This document shows, one piece after another, positions 35,197 to 48,720 of a DNA stretch of 64,000 nt. A program made the position numbers and the translations under genes. The DNA lies in contig NC_087440.1 in assembly GCF_036321535.1 (NCBI RefSeq), positions 29,512,001 through 29,576,000 on the forward strand, given 5' to 3'. Origin of the DNA: Camelus dromedarius (lineage: Eukaryota). The number at the start of each line of letters is the position of its first letter. The stretch's first letter is position 1. The notes beneath the pieces are model-generated. The model ran no database searches. It saw only the letters and a list, made by a program, of their open reading frames with translations, and was not told the origin of the DNA.

Positions 35197-37459
35197 GACA
35201 TACTAGATGATCCCTCCATTATCAGGTCAGTATAGTCCAACCAAAAGCAACCAGAATTATATTATCATCCAAATCTTCAGATGTGGATTTAATGATATTA
35301 ACTTCTATCAGCCTACAAAATTAAGGCTCTATGGGGCCACTTATAATCATAAAGTACTGAGATTATATAGATAAATGGAAATGTTGGATTCCTCTTGGCA
35401 CTTAGACTGCATATTAAATAAGAAATGTACACATTTGGGTGTTTTTTGGATAGTTCTTAAGATTCATCTGTGATAAAAATTTCTAAATTCTATTTGATAA
35501 TTTAGATGAACAGTTCCAGAGTCAATAAAATTATATTTATGTCATTTTGCTTGTTTAGTTAGCTGGTTGTAAATAAAAGAAGGAAATACATTCTTTCCGA
35601 TTGTGGTTCTTATTATATTTGGCTTTATTATTTTCCTCGTAAATAAACCCTTAAAAGCAATCATGCAAAATTTCTGTTGGACAGTAGCAGTATGCTAGCT
35701 TAGTAACATACAGACATATGTTACTTCCTTGATACACTACCTCTTTCTAAGCCCCTAAAGGGTAGGTTCTAATTCTTTATATAACAGCGTCAAAGTGTTC
35801 TTTGAAATGCAGTATTCTGAGGACTAATAGTTTCACCAAAATGAAGTAGCACCAAAAATTTGATTGGTCAGGCAATGGGATTTTACGTAGTAGAATATCT
35901 CCTTCTAAAAACTGGAGAAGGAAATGATCTTGGGGATAAATTACTTAAGTTCAAAAAAATAAATAAATAAATGACAGTTCATTGTTATTTCTTGCTGAAA
36001 CAGTGTTAAAATAACATTAAGGAAAAATTTTAAAGAAGGATCCAGAATTCAATCCCTATAACTATTTTAACTGGTATGTATGTTTTACATAATATAATGT
36101 CAAATTTATTCCATACTGTGGCAAGTTTTTATAATGAATTTTAGGAACTATAATACTACATTCAAGTAATATGGCATGGATTGTAAATTTTTATGTGGTG
36201 AGGTGAATATTTTCCTAGGAGGAGAACTATCCTTCCCAATAGCTTGTATCTGACTTGTGAAAGACAAAATAAGAGGGATTAGGAGAAAAATGAATGTCAC
36301 CACTATACAATAGTGACCACTTAAAGAATGACTACTCAGGGAATCAGACCATCCTTCTATCCATTACCAAGTCTTTCTTTGAACATTATTTCCATTCTTT
36401 TATACCTTAATAAAATCGTTACAAAGATTTGCCATAATTAGAAATTGAAAACCTAAATTAGGACTCATCATTTAATCCAAAACCAAAACTGCCCCAGGAA
36501 ATTCAGGATGTTAGAATATTATGTGTATTTAACAATTTCCCCTATAGGGTTTTTACCTTAGGACAGTTTCCTGGCAAAGAGATGAATTACTCCGTTCTAA
36601 AGGTAGGAATGCATTTGTGAGTTTTGAAATGGACATCCCAGGTAAGACAACTGTTTGTTCTTTTCATGCGAGAAGATCTCAGGCTCTTTCTCAGATCTGT
36701 GCCATATAATCTCTCACTTAGGGAGGATGTTTTCTAACTCTGTATCCTTCTCCTGATTATGTGAGTTTTAAATTTCCTGAGATGAGATAAGGAATGGGCT
36801 CAAGAAGAACAGGTAGTCAAGGCAGGAAATATTTCTACCATAATGTGAGACTCCCTACCATGGGTTAAGAAGTCAATATATTTGTGCAACCACTGGTTTT
36901 CAGTGATCTCTTCTTACAACCCCAAATACTAGGACAGCTGCACAACTCTTTCCATAGTATAACATTACAACTTGTATACAACATTTTTAAAGATCAAACT
37001 GCATTCCAAAGAGAGAGAGAGAGGTGGAAGGATAAAAAGCGTTAAGAATGGCAGTTAGAAGGCTGTGTTTGTTTGTTTGTTTGTTTGTTTGTTTCTGAAC
37101 ATTTAAACTTTCAAAAGAACATGACAAGGCAATATTTTAAAATAATTGTCCTGGTTATCGGTTTCCTCAGGGAAAATGAAAAAGAAAGTCGGTATTTTTT
37201 ACTTTCAAGTATCAGTTATGGTGTTTTATTAGCTGCTTTTAAATTCTTGTTAAGCTGACCAAACACTGAATCTAACTCCCTCACAAAGTAAAATTTACTT
37301 ATAAAAACAAACATTATATATGTTCAAAGTTTCAGGGAAAATAAGGGCATGGGGCACATGGGAAAACAATATTACAAGAAAAGAAAAAGTCGATTTCAGT
37401 TTAACAAATTTTAGAGGTGCAATTCACCACTATGGGGTTTGCTCTTATCAATAATAAAA

Positions 37460-37680
37460 GGAATAATAATTAACGTTTGAGCCACTTGTTTTGTGCCAGG
37501 CACTGTCCTAACCCTTTTACATACAAGACTTTATTTAACTACTCATGACAGCCCAAAGAGATCAATTCAGTATCACTGCATCTCCAATTCACTAAGGATG
37601 AAACAGGTACAAGGAGGAACTTACTTAATTGGAGATGGTGTTTGATCCCAGGCAGGCTAACTAGAGGGCCCACACTTTTC
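37460..37680 (-). mobile_element. MIR
   Basis: tgtgccaggcactgtcctaac..tttgatcccaggcag. Confidence 0.55.
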
Positions 37681-37699
37681 TACTTCTGTAGGGGAGAAG

Positions 37700-37870
37700 G
37701 GCCAACACTCTGGAATCAGACCAAATGATTTCTGATCTAAGTACTAGCACTAACTGTGTGAGCGTATGCAAGTTATTTGGACTTTCTTTTTTTATTTGTT
37801 TTAATCTACATTGAGCCAAGGATAATGCTTTCACCACAGTGTGGCTGCGATGAATAAATGAGGCAAGGCT
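37700..37870 (+). mobile_element. MIR (opposite orientation to its neighbour)
   Basis: ctctggaatcagac..actaactgtgtgagc..gcaagttattt. Confidence 0.5.
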
Positions 37871-38344
37871 AATCAGAAGAGGATCTTAGTGTTAGGGACA
37901 GCCAAGCAGGAATAACTCTCAGCAGGGACCTGTAGGCCATCACATCACTGGAGGACACGATCAGAAAGGCAGGCTGAAGCCAATGCTTAGTTCAAGCCCA
38001 TTTTTTCACACTAAAAATGATAGATGAAGAAACCAAATGCCAATGTAATGACATATTAGAAAGCACTTGAAAACAAGGTATTCATTCAAAAACAATTCTG
38101 ATACCTGCTAGTTTTCTCAACACAAAGCATCCCCTCGTTTGAGGAAAGAATACACAAAAATGTTTTCTAGAATCACAACTGCAATTTCATAATGAATTTA
38201 TTCTGCTTGATGAAAGGAATGATGTAAAAAATTTACTTTATTTTAGCAAAATGGAGCAAAACATCAATGTGCTATTTATCAGTGCTCTGACACTAGGTTG
38301 AAATCATATTTGCAACTCATCAAAACTCCAAAAATTCAAAGAAT

Positions 38345-38535
38345 TTCCCTAACTCATGAGACTTTCTCAATAACAGTACTACGTGGGTAAGAAGAATAGT
38401 TTTGATCTTATATTACACATGGAAAATCTAAGTACATAAAGGTTAAGTGATTTATCACTCGGCACAGCTAGTACCTCGGAAAGTCTGGATCTGGCCCCAG
38501 TTCCTTGAGTCACACTCCAGTTCTCTACACTCTCT
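38345..38535 (-). mobile_element. MIR
   Basis: aaggttaagtgattt..cacagctagt. Confidence 0.5.
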
Positions 38536-38739
38536 ACTGCCTTCCAGTGATCTCAAATCTATGACAACTTATCTTGCTACCAAATTAAAATAGGCAACAT
38601 GGCAAACATCTTTAAAATATACAAACATATGATTTATAACCAAAAAAATTTGCTAAAGAAAAAATTCACAGATTCCCAGAAAATTGTATAAAAAGTGCCC
38701 CCAAAGAGAAGGATAGAAATATCACCCACCCACTAAAAA

Positions 38740-38995
38740 TCATGCTTCAAAGAATATTTAGTTCTATGGGAAAAAAACTCATGACATAATGTCAAACAAA
38801 AATATTGACAAACTGCATGTAGTATAATTCCATTTTTTTAAAAGTTGCATATATGCATGATATAGAAAGAGAGTGAAAACTAAACTGTAAACTAGAAATG
38901 AGGTTGTAGATGAATTTAACTTCTTACATTTTTCTGTAATATTCATTTTTTCTAAAATAAGACTATATTACTTCCAAATAATAAAAATAAACTAA
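38740..38995 (+). mobile_element. Old L1 (L1ME-like) 3' end
   Basis: actgcatgtagtataattccattttt..tatattacttcc..aataataaaa. Confidence 0.45.
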
Positions 38996-39094
38996 ATTCT
39001 CCTTTCGAAAGTAAAAACATTTAGTGTTGACCAGTTTAACATATTCTCTACTTTTATGGTGGCACAATGGGAGCTTTAAAGGAAGCATGAACGC

Positions 39095-39699
39095 TGAAAT
39101 CTGGATAAACAGAGGACACAGAGTGAAAAGCCATCACGGACAATCTGTTTCAGAGACTACCTGTCATATAAATGAGCCAGAGAGGGCTTCTATATAGTGG
39201 CCGCTAGGTTATAACTTCTTCACAGCAGGCTGAATTCTTTAAGTTCCAAAGCACAATAGGGGCCAAAATTTTTACATATCCAACTGTTTCATATGTGGTC
39301 CAAATAAGCAGGTTTTTAGCCATTTAGATCCTGCCTGTTTTGCATATCCCAGGAAACTGTGCCCAACATCTGGCCATGAACCAAATAAAGACCCCAAGTT
39401 ACTGCTGCCCTTCAGAAGTCTTTGGCGCAGTCCTCACCCTCCCCAGGGTGACATCACCTAGACAAGTAAGCCTTCTCTCTGTTCCCCTTCTTTCTCCTGG
39501 GAGTTCCTTAGCCCTCCTTCCTTTCTGAGTAGTGGCCCCTATGCCTACAGCCTCTAGAAGGTCTCCTGCTGTGAGGGACTTCCCCTGCATGCACATCTGT
39601 CAAAGGAGTCTCACCAAATAAAACTCTATATGCTACTGTAACTCAGGGCCAGACGTTTTTCCCTACTCAGCCCTGAAATCCCCTGACCCACCCTGCACA
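39095..39699 (+). mobile_element. Probable ERV1-type solo LTR
   Basis: TG...CA-bounded GC-richer block with AATAAA near 39619 and LTR-like U3/R wording; ends approximate. Confidence 0.55.
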
Positions 39700-40382
39700 C
39701 TCCTTGTAGAACCACCTTCGCCTAAACTAAGAAGCCACTCAATTTTAGGCTCAGAGGGTGAAAGGGTTCCACACACAATTTTTTTTGGGGGGGGGGAATA
39801 ACAATTTCTTCAATTAATAGAGTTGAACTATTTGTAGTCTCAAGACATAACTCTGGGACTTTGTTGACCAAGCCACAGTCCAGAATTCCCTTTTTTTGCC
39901 CTTTGTCCCCCAGTAACCCTTACAAATACCATTTATTTTTTATCAGTGTTAATGAAACCTCAAGTTTACATTAACCTTACTATTACCCATTACACTTTTT
40001 TATGTTGCTGACATTACCTGGATAGGTTTTCTTTTCTTTTCTTTTCTTTTTTTTTTGATACATCTTAAATGCATATAATCGAATTTCACTATTGAAATTT
40101 GCTTTTGATGCTTAAATCCCCTCTACCACTTTTCAGTATTCTGATGAAATCCATGATAGATATTACTCTTCTAAAGCAGTTAATTTCACCACTGGATAGG
40201 ATTCTGTTTCAGAGGTATTATCCACATTGAATTACAGTGTGTCTCCCTATAACTGTTAACTGTTATTATTTTTAATTCTGTACCTTGGAGAATAAATGGG
40301 ACAAATTGAATTGCTCTATTAAATGATCACCCTTCTTCTGTTCAAATGGAGTCTTTTATTCTCCAATTTAAATATCTCAGTT

Positions 40383-41368
40383 CTGAGAAAATATTTGCAG
40401 AGACCGACAAGGGATTAATTTCCAAAATATACAAACAGTTCATACAGCTTAATATAAAAAAAAAACCCAATCAAAAAATGGGTAGAAGATCTAAATAGAC
40501 ATTACTCCAAAAAAGACATACAGAAGGCCAACAGGCACATGAAAACATGTTCAACATCGCTAACTAAACTACAATGAGGTATCACCTCATACCAGTCAGA
40601 ATGGCCATCATTAAGAAGTCTACAAATAATAAATGCAGGAGAGGATGTGGAGAAAAAGGAACACTCCTACACTGTTGGTGAGAATGTAGTTTGGTGCATA
40701 GCCAATATGGAGAACAGTATGGAGATTCCTTAAAAAAAACTAAAAATGGAGTTACCATATGATCAAGCAATCCCACTTCTGGACATATATCCAGAAAAAA
40801 CTATAACTCAAAAAAGGTACATNNNNNNNNNNNNNNNNNNNNNNNNNNNNNNNNNNNNNNNNNNNNNNNNNNNNNNNNNNNNNNNNNNNNNNNNNNNNNN
40901 NNNNNNNNNNNNNNNNNNNNNNNNNNNNNNNNNNNNNNNNNNNNNNNNNNNNNNNNNNNNNNNNNNNNNNNNNNNNNNNNNNNNNNNNNNNNNNNNNNNN
41001 NNNNNNNNNNNNNNNNNNNNNNNNNNNNNNNNNNNNNNNNNNNNNNNNNNNNNNNNNNNNTATTGAGTAAAGTAAGTCAGACAGAGAAGACAAATATCAT
41101 ATGATATCACTTATTTGTGGGATCTAAAAAAGTCACAAATGAACTTATTTACAAACCAGAAATAGACTTACAGACATAGAAAACAAGCTACGGTTACCAA
41201 ACGGAGAAGGGGTGAGGGTGGGGGAAAAATTAGGAGTTTGGGATTTGCAGATAACAAACTACTATGTATAAAATAGATAAACAGCAAGGACCTACTGTAA
41301 AGTTCCTACAAGGAACTATATTCAATATCTTGTAATAACCTATAATGGAAAAGAATCTGAAAAGAATA
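40383..41368 (+). mobile_element. 5'-truncated L1 (ORF2 C-terminus plus 3'UTR)
   Basis: cacctcataccagtcagaatggccatcattaagaagtctacaaataataaatgc; 3'UTR with ggggtgagggtgggg. Confidence 0.85.
40823..41060. other. N-run, 238 nt, inside an L1
   Basis: Counted from the sequence. Confidence 0.95.
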
Positions 41369-43222
41369 CTTCTAAATCCCTCTAAGCTGCTTTCTCCAAA
41401 TTCACCGTAGTTTGCTCATGTTCTTCTTAAATTATGAGACCTAGAATTTTTGAAAGGCTCTGTATCTGTATAGAGATATCTACATCAGTATCAAACAGGA
41501 TTAGATCATCACCTTCATTTAAAAATTCTAAAGTCACATTATTAGTTGTGGTGATCATAATGTTGACTTAAATGTTTACTTTCCTCCGGCTAAAGTGAGA
41601 TTGAAAGGACAAATTCACAAAACAAGCAGAAGAACAGGTTACAGTCAAGTATGAATGTAACTGTTCTTACAGATCCAAAAATCTCAGCATTACTACAGCA
41701 TACTTGGGGTTGATATTGGTGTAGAATCATGGAAAGAAGGGAACAGATAAAGCCTTTGAAGTGGTTCGTAAATTCTTTGTAACAACTAACCTGTCTTTAT
41801 TTATATCCTTTGGCTTCCTAGAACCCTTTACTCCTACATTTTCATTCCTAAATCCAGTATCATCTCTATGGAGGGAAAATATAGCTTCATTACTATAAAA
41901 ATACACACAGATGCTGCTGGTTATACTTAATATTCGGATCCAAAGCTTAAGGCCAACTTATTCTTCAGCTTAGACCCAGGCCTCATCATCTTCCCTTTTC
42001 CCCAAGAGGCTGGACCAATTTAAATCTCACTTAAAGAAATACTTTCTGAGATGTGGCCAAAACTTTCTCATTGTTATTCTTAGATGAGGCCACTGGGAGA
42101 AGCTGGGCAATCCAGGAGGGTGAGACCCAGTCTTGGCATATTTATTACAAAGTGTGAGGGGAACAGGAGCTCAGTGGTAAGGCCTGGCTGCACACAGAGC
42201 GCTGTGGAGCACCCCCTCCGAGATGGGATGTCGAGGACAGAAAAGCCACAGCTCAGAACGTGTTTGCTCCATACTCTCCTTTACAGATAGGGGTGTAATT
42301 GGTTCTTCCCAAACCAGGAAAGACCACAGTACCATTTACAACCGCATATAACCACCTTTTCAAGTTGTTTAAGCAATATGCTCATTTTCTGGGCTTCAAA
42401 TCATTGCTATATTTGACAATATTGTCTTCCAACACTCACCCCCTTTTAGAAGCCACCTAAGATACTTGGGTGCCAGCACCACTGTGTTTGGCTTTGCTGC
42501 ACATTTTCTCCCACTGACATGAGAGACGAGGAAACCGAAGCTGACTGCATACTCCAGGAGAGAGAAACCTAAATTTGGACGTCTCCTCTCTACTGGATTC
42601 TGTAATTCTCATGCAAACACTTCAGGTAACTCACAGCTCAGAATTTTTTATAATGTCTTTTTCACTTTCCTTTAACCCTGTGCTGTAGTTTCTCCACATG
42701 AAAATGTAAATTAGAATCGCTCCCTTATAATGGAAACTGGTTAGAATCTCAATTATATAACATAGCCTCCAGTATCAGAACTTGTGTAATTAAATGTTGG
42801 GTTATATGTATTTTATCCATAAAAGCATAAGTGAACATGTTTAAATAAAATAACTGTACATTTCTTAAATTGAGATGTTAGCTGAACCACATGGGCCAGG
42901 AATAAACTGTGGAATGACAGCTTTATTCTATATCTCATTACTTATTCAAGTCATATATACCAGATTTCCTGACCCTGCAGATGATGCAGAAGAAAATATG
43001 AGGCAGTAAGAGAAGAACATTTTTGATCAGCCACACAGGAAAAACATGTTACAGACCATAAACACATTTTCTTTAGGAGAGGGAAGTCAAAAACAGTTTG
43101 CTTACCTATTTAAAAATATAAGGAAAGAATTATAAAAGTTATTCAATAAAAATATGTTACAATACAGACCATTAGATATAGAAAAAGACTGAGAGAGTAG
43201 ATAGCAAAAAAGTGTGCGCGTG

Positions 43223-43244
43223 CACACACACACACACACACACA
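43223..43244. repeat. (CA)11 microsatellite
   Basis: Read directly. Confidence 0.9.
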
Positions 43245-43544
43245 CCCTTAGGGCATGATTATAACTTAACAGCAAGAAAGCACTGAGCACAAAGCAGAGT
43301 GGATGAGGGGCACATAAGGAAAGATGAGGTGATTCAGACAGAAAGGCGGCTTCAATGGGGTTGTCTCAAGCAGGCTCCTGTCATGAATCTCCTGCTGTTC
43401 ACTTGGACTGAGGCTGTGTCCCCATACAAGTCTTGTTGCCTTGCTTTTGTTTTTAGCAAACTGTAGATTCCAGTCGTTGCATTTTTTTTTTTTTACATTT
43501 TTCCCTGACTAGAAGCAATTGTTTTCCTAATTGGCATGTTCATT

Positions 43545-44460
43545 GATTGAGACAATAAATATTTAATGAGCACTGCTAATTTATCTTGAACACTGTCCTA
43601 GGTTCAGGGAATACATCAGTGAGCAAAGTAATGTCCTCTTATATTCAGGTGGTTGGGACAGAAAATACATTCTACGTATATAATACAGTGCCAGGTGGTG
43701 ATGTGCTTTGTAGAAAACTAAAGCAGAATTGGGAAACAGAGTAGCAGAGATGGGCTAAATCAGAAAGGCCTCGCTGAGTCTCTGACTTTTACCAGAAAAC
43801 TGAATGAAGTAACAAATTAAGTCATGCGAATATTGGCAAGAAGGAGTGACAGGCATTCCAGACCTTGATACCGTCCACACTTGGCGTATCAGGTATCAGC
43901 ACGGCTGGATGGGGTCCACAGAGGGAAAAGCGGTAGGAAATGAGGACGTGGAGGAAGGTCTCAGGGCCTTATAGACTGAGGTAAGGAATTTGGAGTTGTA
44001 TTAGGAGGTTGAGAGCAAGTAGTTGACATGATCAGATTCTCTAAAGCTATGTTTTGAACATGGGGCCTAAAGGATCTGTTGACGGTTTGGATGTAGAATA
44101 CTGAGAAGGGTGGGAAGGTTGTGGCCAAATTTGTGGCCTGAGCAACTGAGTGATGGAGGTGCCATTGAATGATACAGCACAGAAGTAAGGACCAGCCAGT
44201 TTGGGGTGAGTACAACCAAAATTTTAGTCATGGGCATCTTGCATTTTAGGTACCTTCCATAGCAAATGGAGATGCTGAGTAAGAAATTGGGTAGATAAAT
44301 CCAGGTTGCAGAAAAGACTTCACAGCTCGGGAGAGAAAATTTGGCTTCATCTCACATGGATAGTTTTTATGTCAAGGAACTAGCTGACAGGTCACTTACA
44401 GAGAGAGCATAATTGGAGAAGGAAAAATATCAAGAACCGTGTCTTGAAAAAAAACATTTA
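43545..44460 (-). mobile_element. L2 remnant
   Basis: aataaatatttaatgagcac tail; ggcctgagcaactgagtgatggaggtgccatt. Confidence 0.65.
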
Positions 44461-45210
44461 CAGTTCAAGGCAACCGGAAGGAACTCTTATCATAGGCACC
44501 CTGGATAACCGATAGAAAAAGTAATGAGAATGAATAGTCCATGCGCAGATCTTTAATTAATGTAATTCAAATCTCAAAGTGCTTTTAATAATATATGCCA
44601 CTGTAGTTATTTTTGTTCTGTGTGTCAAGATAGAGAGAGAGAGCACCATCGTGAGGTACCTTCCCAGGATGTGATAAATTTCACCTGAGGACTGAAGGCC
44701 ATGTACTCTAGTTGGGGTAAATTTCAGCTAAAAGAGTAATCATGTTGTTCTGGAGTCTGACCCCCATTCGTACCAATTTCATTTTTAAATTATTTATTTA
44801 AGGTGATAGTGCATGGAACTTACTCTTCTTCCACAAAAAACTTTTATTACAAAGAGGACCAAGTTAAAAAGAGAGAGTACTTTGGAGAATTGTGCAGATG
44901 TCACTAAACACTGAGCAAAATTAACAGTGCAAATTGTGGAATTTTTTTCACAGAGATATTTATACGTAAGATGGAACACAAATGTCACAATTGACCTTGC
45001 TGTAAGCAATCACTGATAAAATGTTGTTTTCCTTACCTCTTTTCCAACATTCCCAATACTACATAAACAGAAACCCCATCTAAAACTATGCATGTGATGT
45101 TATTAAAGATTACAGTAGTAAACAAACTCTTGCTTTATGGCTATACATTCCTGCAATGTTTTCTTGTCTCTTTTTACACAGATTTTAATTGTTTAAACCC
45201 CCATATATCC

Positions 45211-45258
<48 letters not shown>
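45211..45258. repeat. (TAGA)12 perfect tetranucleotide STR
   Basis: Read directly. Confidence 0.95.
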
Positions 45259-45259
<1 letters not shown>

Positions 45260-45615
45260 TATATATAACATTCATCCCCAGGTGGATGTTTCTGAGCTAA
45301 GCCTCTGAATGGCAAGGAGCATCTACCTTGGTTTATGTAGTGCTGAGGACGTGACACAAAGGCTGATGTTTAATGGACCATGATGGGCATGGTGAGCATG
45401 TTGACAAGGCTATAACAAGCAGCTACACCTACAAGTTTCTTATTTCTTCCCAGTGTCACATTGGGACAAAGAATGCTGGAAATCTTTAAGCACTCTAAAA
45501 CTATGCTGCTATTTGAACTGTAAAGTCATTCAGAGAACATCTTCATGAGAAAACTTCTGTAAAGTCATTTGTAACATGGTAATGTCTTGCTATTGCAGTT
45601 TTAGGGGAAAAAATA

Positions 45616-46584
45616 GTGAACAACGCAGGAAGGAATAATCACTCTGACCCTGTGAGTGAATTCATTCTTCTTGGATTCCCTTGTACCTGGGAGACTCAGA
45701 TCCTCCTCTTTGCATTCTTCTCTGTGATCTATGTGCTGACACTAATTGGAAACCTGTCCATTATCTGTGCTGTGTGGTGGGACCACCACCTCCACACCCC
45801 CATGTACACCCTGCTGGCCAATTTTTCGTTCCTGGAGATGTGGTATGTCACCTCCACTGTCCCCAGTATGCTAGCCAGCTTCCTCTCTGAGACCAAGACC
45901 ATCTCCTTCATGGGCTGCTTCCTCCAGTTCTACTTCTTCTTCTCCATGGGCACCACTGAGACCTTCTTCTTGTCTGCCATGGCCTTTGACAGGTACCTTG
46001 CTATCTGCAGGCCCCTGCACTACCCCACTGTCATGACAGTTCAGCGCTGCATCAGAATGGGAGCCTGCTGCTGGCTGTGTGGCTTCTCCTGTTTTCTCCT
46101 CCCAGTTTATCTCATCTCCCAGCTTCCTTTTTGTGGCCTCAATACTATTGATCACTTTTTATGTGACCCAGGACCCCTTATGAAGCTGTCCTGTGTGCCA
46201 GCTCCTGCCACTGAGATCACCTGTGCTGTCTTTAACTCAGTCCTAATTTTCTCCACTTTCGTGTTCATTACCAGCTCCTACACCCTGGTGATCAGAGTGG
46301 TACTGAGGGTCCCCTCAGCAGAAGGCTGGCGTAAAGCCTTCTCCACATGTGGCTCCCATCTGGCTGTGGTGTCCCTGTTCTATGGCTCCATCATGGTGAT
46401 GTATGTGAGCCCAACAGCCGGCAATCCAGCAGGGATTCAGAAAATTGTGACCTTATTTTATTCTGTGATGACGCCACTTTTCAGTCCCTTGATCTACAGC
46501 CTCCGGAATAAAGAGATGAAAGAGGTCCTGAGAAGACTGTTTAGGATCATGATATCTGGTCAAGGACAGCCTCTCAAACACTAG
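45616..46584 (+). CDS. Olfactory receptor family 11 (possibly OR11J-like by position), open 322-codon frame beginning with GTG; candidate start-loss pseudogene
   Basis: All OR motifs present (LHTPMY, MAFDRYLAIC, KAFSTCGSHL). In-frame TAA at 45580-45582 and no in-frame ATG until 45802 (the PMY motif). Confidence 0.85.
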   Translation: MNNAGRNNHSDPVSEFILLGFPCTWETQILLFAFFSVIYVLTLIGNLSIICAVWWDHHLHTPMYTLLANFSFLEMWYVTSTVPSMLASFLSETKTISFMGCFLQFYFFFSMGTTETFFLSAMAFDRYLAICRPLHYPTVMTVQRCIRMGACCWLCGFSCFLLPVYLISQLPFCGLNTIDHFLCDPGPLMKLSCVPAPATEITCAVFNSVLIFSTFVFITSSYTLVIRVVLRVPSAEGWRKAFSTCGSHLAVVSLFYGSIMVMYVSPTAGNPAGIQKIVTLFYSVMTPLFSPLIYSLRNKEMKEVLRRLFRIMISGQGQPLKH

Positions 46585-46874
46585 AATCCAAATATATGTA
46601 GGACATATAGTGATAAAAAATTATAGGAGGTTTGGTTTTAAGTAAATTCCTATAGTCCCTGGAATATTTGCAGGGATGCATCTCAATGAAGCAAATAGCA
46701 AATAAGACCTTACCAGAAAGTGCATAGATCTTGTATACTAGGCTTTATTATATTCATGTCTCTTTTCTTGTCTGCATGGGAACAGGAAAATGCCAGACAT
46801 TCTCAAGCATTTTTCAAGAAAAAACAATATATAACCCAGATGTCAACCGCTCAGTTTCTACCTTTTGCAAATTT

Positions 46875-46880
46875 CACACA

Positions 46881-46918
<38 letters not shown>
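46875..46918. repeat. (CA)n microsatellite, 18 pure units plus a short interrupted part
   Basis: Read directly. Confidence 0.95.
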
Positions 46919-46921
<3 letters not shown>

Positions 46922-48449
46922 CCATACAAGCAGGGTCATGTGTGCTTCCCTCCTCTCACTCCTAATCCACCTGCTGTCTTATTTTGATCACATCAGTCTG
47001 CATGGGAGACTCATGCCCTTCAACATTTTATCCAGAATCAAAGTCATTCTAGCTTTGTGTAGGTTTCTAAACTTGACTGTAGGGTGGGGTTGAGAATGAC
47101 CACCGTGCTGAACACCCAGTCACTTTCTCATATTATACCTCATGCTGCCTCTTTCTCTTCATTTCTCATCCTCTCCCTACCACCCACACAAGTGACCAGA
47201 ACATCTCTCCCTTCCTTATTCAGAATAATTTTGTCCATATGTGGGACCTTTGGGGTTTGAGATTCGTCCTCAAGTGCTTATAGAAAAACTTCTTCTTAGC
47301 AAAACCAATTTTTGAACAGGATCTTGTGAAAATAGTTTTCTCCAACTGGTTACTGTTTGGGTTCTTTTAGGGTGATGCAATTTGATATATTCCTTCCTTA
47401 TTATTAGTACCACCCAGGAAAACTCAATACAAAAGAATAAATATACTGAAACAAAACAGAAATAAGATTATTGGAAATACGATTACCTGGCAAAAAAAAA
47501 AAACCTAATGAAGCAATAATAACTTGTATTTTAAATGCTTTATGATTTTTTTAAAGTGCTTTTCTCCCTGTATGTATTAGAATGAAAATTAGCCATGCAG
47601 AGAGGATAATGTGTGTGAGTCTGAGGACAGAAATAAGATAGTATAGCCAATGTCTGAAATGAGGTATATTACTCTCCAGTTAATCTTCAAAGTGGCCTGA
47701 AATCATCTTATTCCATCTAAGAAAATAATTCTTACTTTGAGAAGGCACAATCTTATCTACTAATGAAATTGCACCCAGTTCCACAGGAGCACAAAAAAAG
47801 ACCAGATTCACTAGTCTATCTTCGTTTTAGCTACGCAAGGGAAATAAAAGTCAGGCTCTACATAAAGTAATAGTATGACTTAGTTTAAAGCTTGAGTGCA
47901 AGGCTATTCTGCAAAGCCCTTTGCGTAAATCACAAAGCAGCAGCTCCTCAGCATAGGTCTTAATCAGAAGTTCTTTTATGTCCCACTTCCTCTGGGGAAA
48001 CTCTCACACACATCAAGGGGCACATTTCTGCTCCCAGGGCACAGGCTGGGTGGCAGGCACCACTTTCTCTTTTGGACAGGCTCCCTTATGCCAGGAACAA
48101 CCTGCAGACCCTTACACAGTATCCCTCAATAGAGGAGAGAGGAAGTGAGCATGCAGCCTTCCTCATCTTCTCTCATTAGAAGTACTGAATAAAAGGGGGG
48201 AGGCAACTGTTTAATCCTCCAATTCTCCCAAAAGAAAGAGGGAGAAGTTAGGGATTAAAAGACAGCCCATTAATACTCATCGGTTATCTCCTGAATTGAA
48301 ACTCAGAAATCTTCTCAGCCCAGTACTTATTTCTTTGCCTATTTTTTTACCAAGTGCTAGCAGATATTTTTCATGATGTGAGTTTTCACAAAAATAATTT
48401 CAAAAAATGATTAAAAGCAGTAAGAAACTTTAAAATGGTGGCCTCATGC

Positions 48450-48720
48450 AAAGTAAAAATATAAAAAATAATAATCAGAAAGAATGTAATGGAAAGAAAA
48501 TGCCATTCATAATAACAACAAAATGTAGTACACCTCTAAATAAACTCACCAAAAATCTGTGAAGTGTATACAAGGAAAACCGCAAATACTTAACTTTAAA
48601 CAGGAAAAGAAAATGAATAAATGGAGATACCTACCATGTTTCTATATGTAATGAGTAAATGATGTAAATCTGTCATTTTATCCCAAATAAATTTATAGAT
48701 TTAAGGAAAATAAAATAATG
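48450..48720 (+). mobile_element. Old L1 ORF2 fragment
   Basis: gccattcataataacaacaaaat..tatacaaggaaaac..aataaatggagatacc. Confidence 0.45.

Noticed and set aside
37460-37870. Adjacent oppositely oriented MIRs as a functional hairpin
   Set aside because: Too diverged from each other to pair stably, and such arrangements are common.
42604-42632. ATGCAAACACTTCAG|GTAAC as an upstream coding exon rescuing the GTG-start OR
   Set aside because: It is phase 0; splicing to either acceptor gives an immediate TAG, whereas phase 1 is required.
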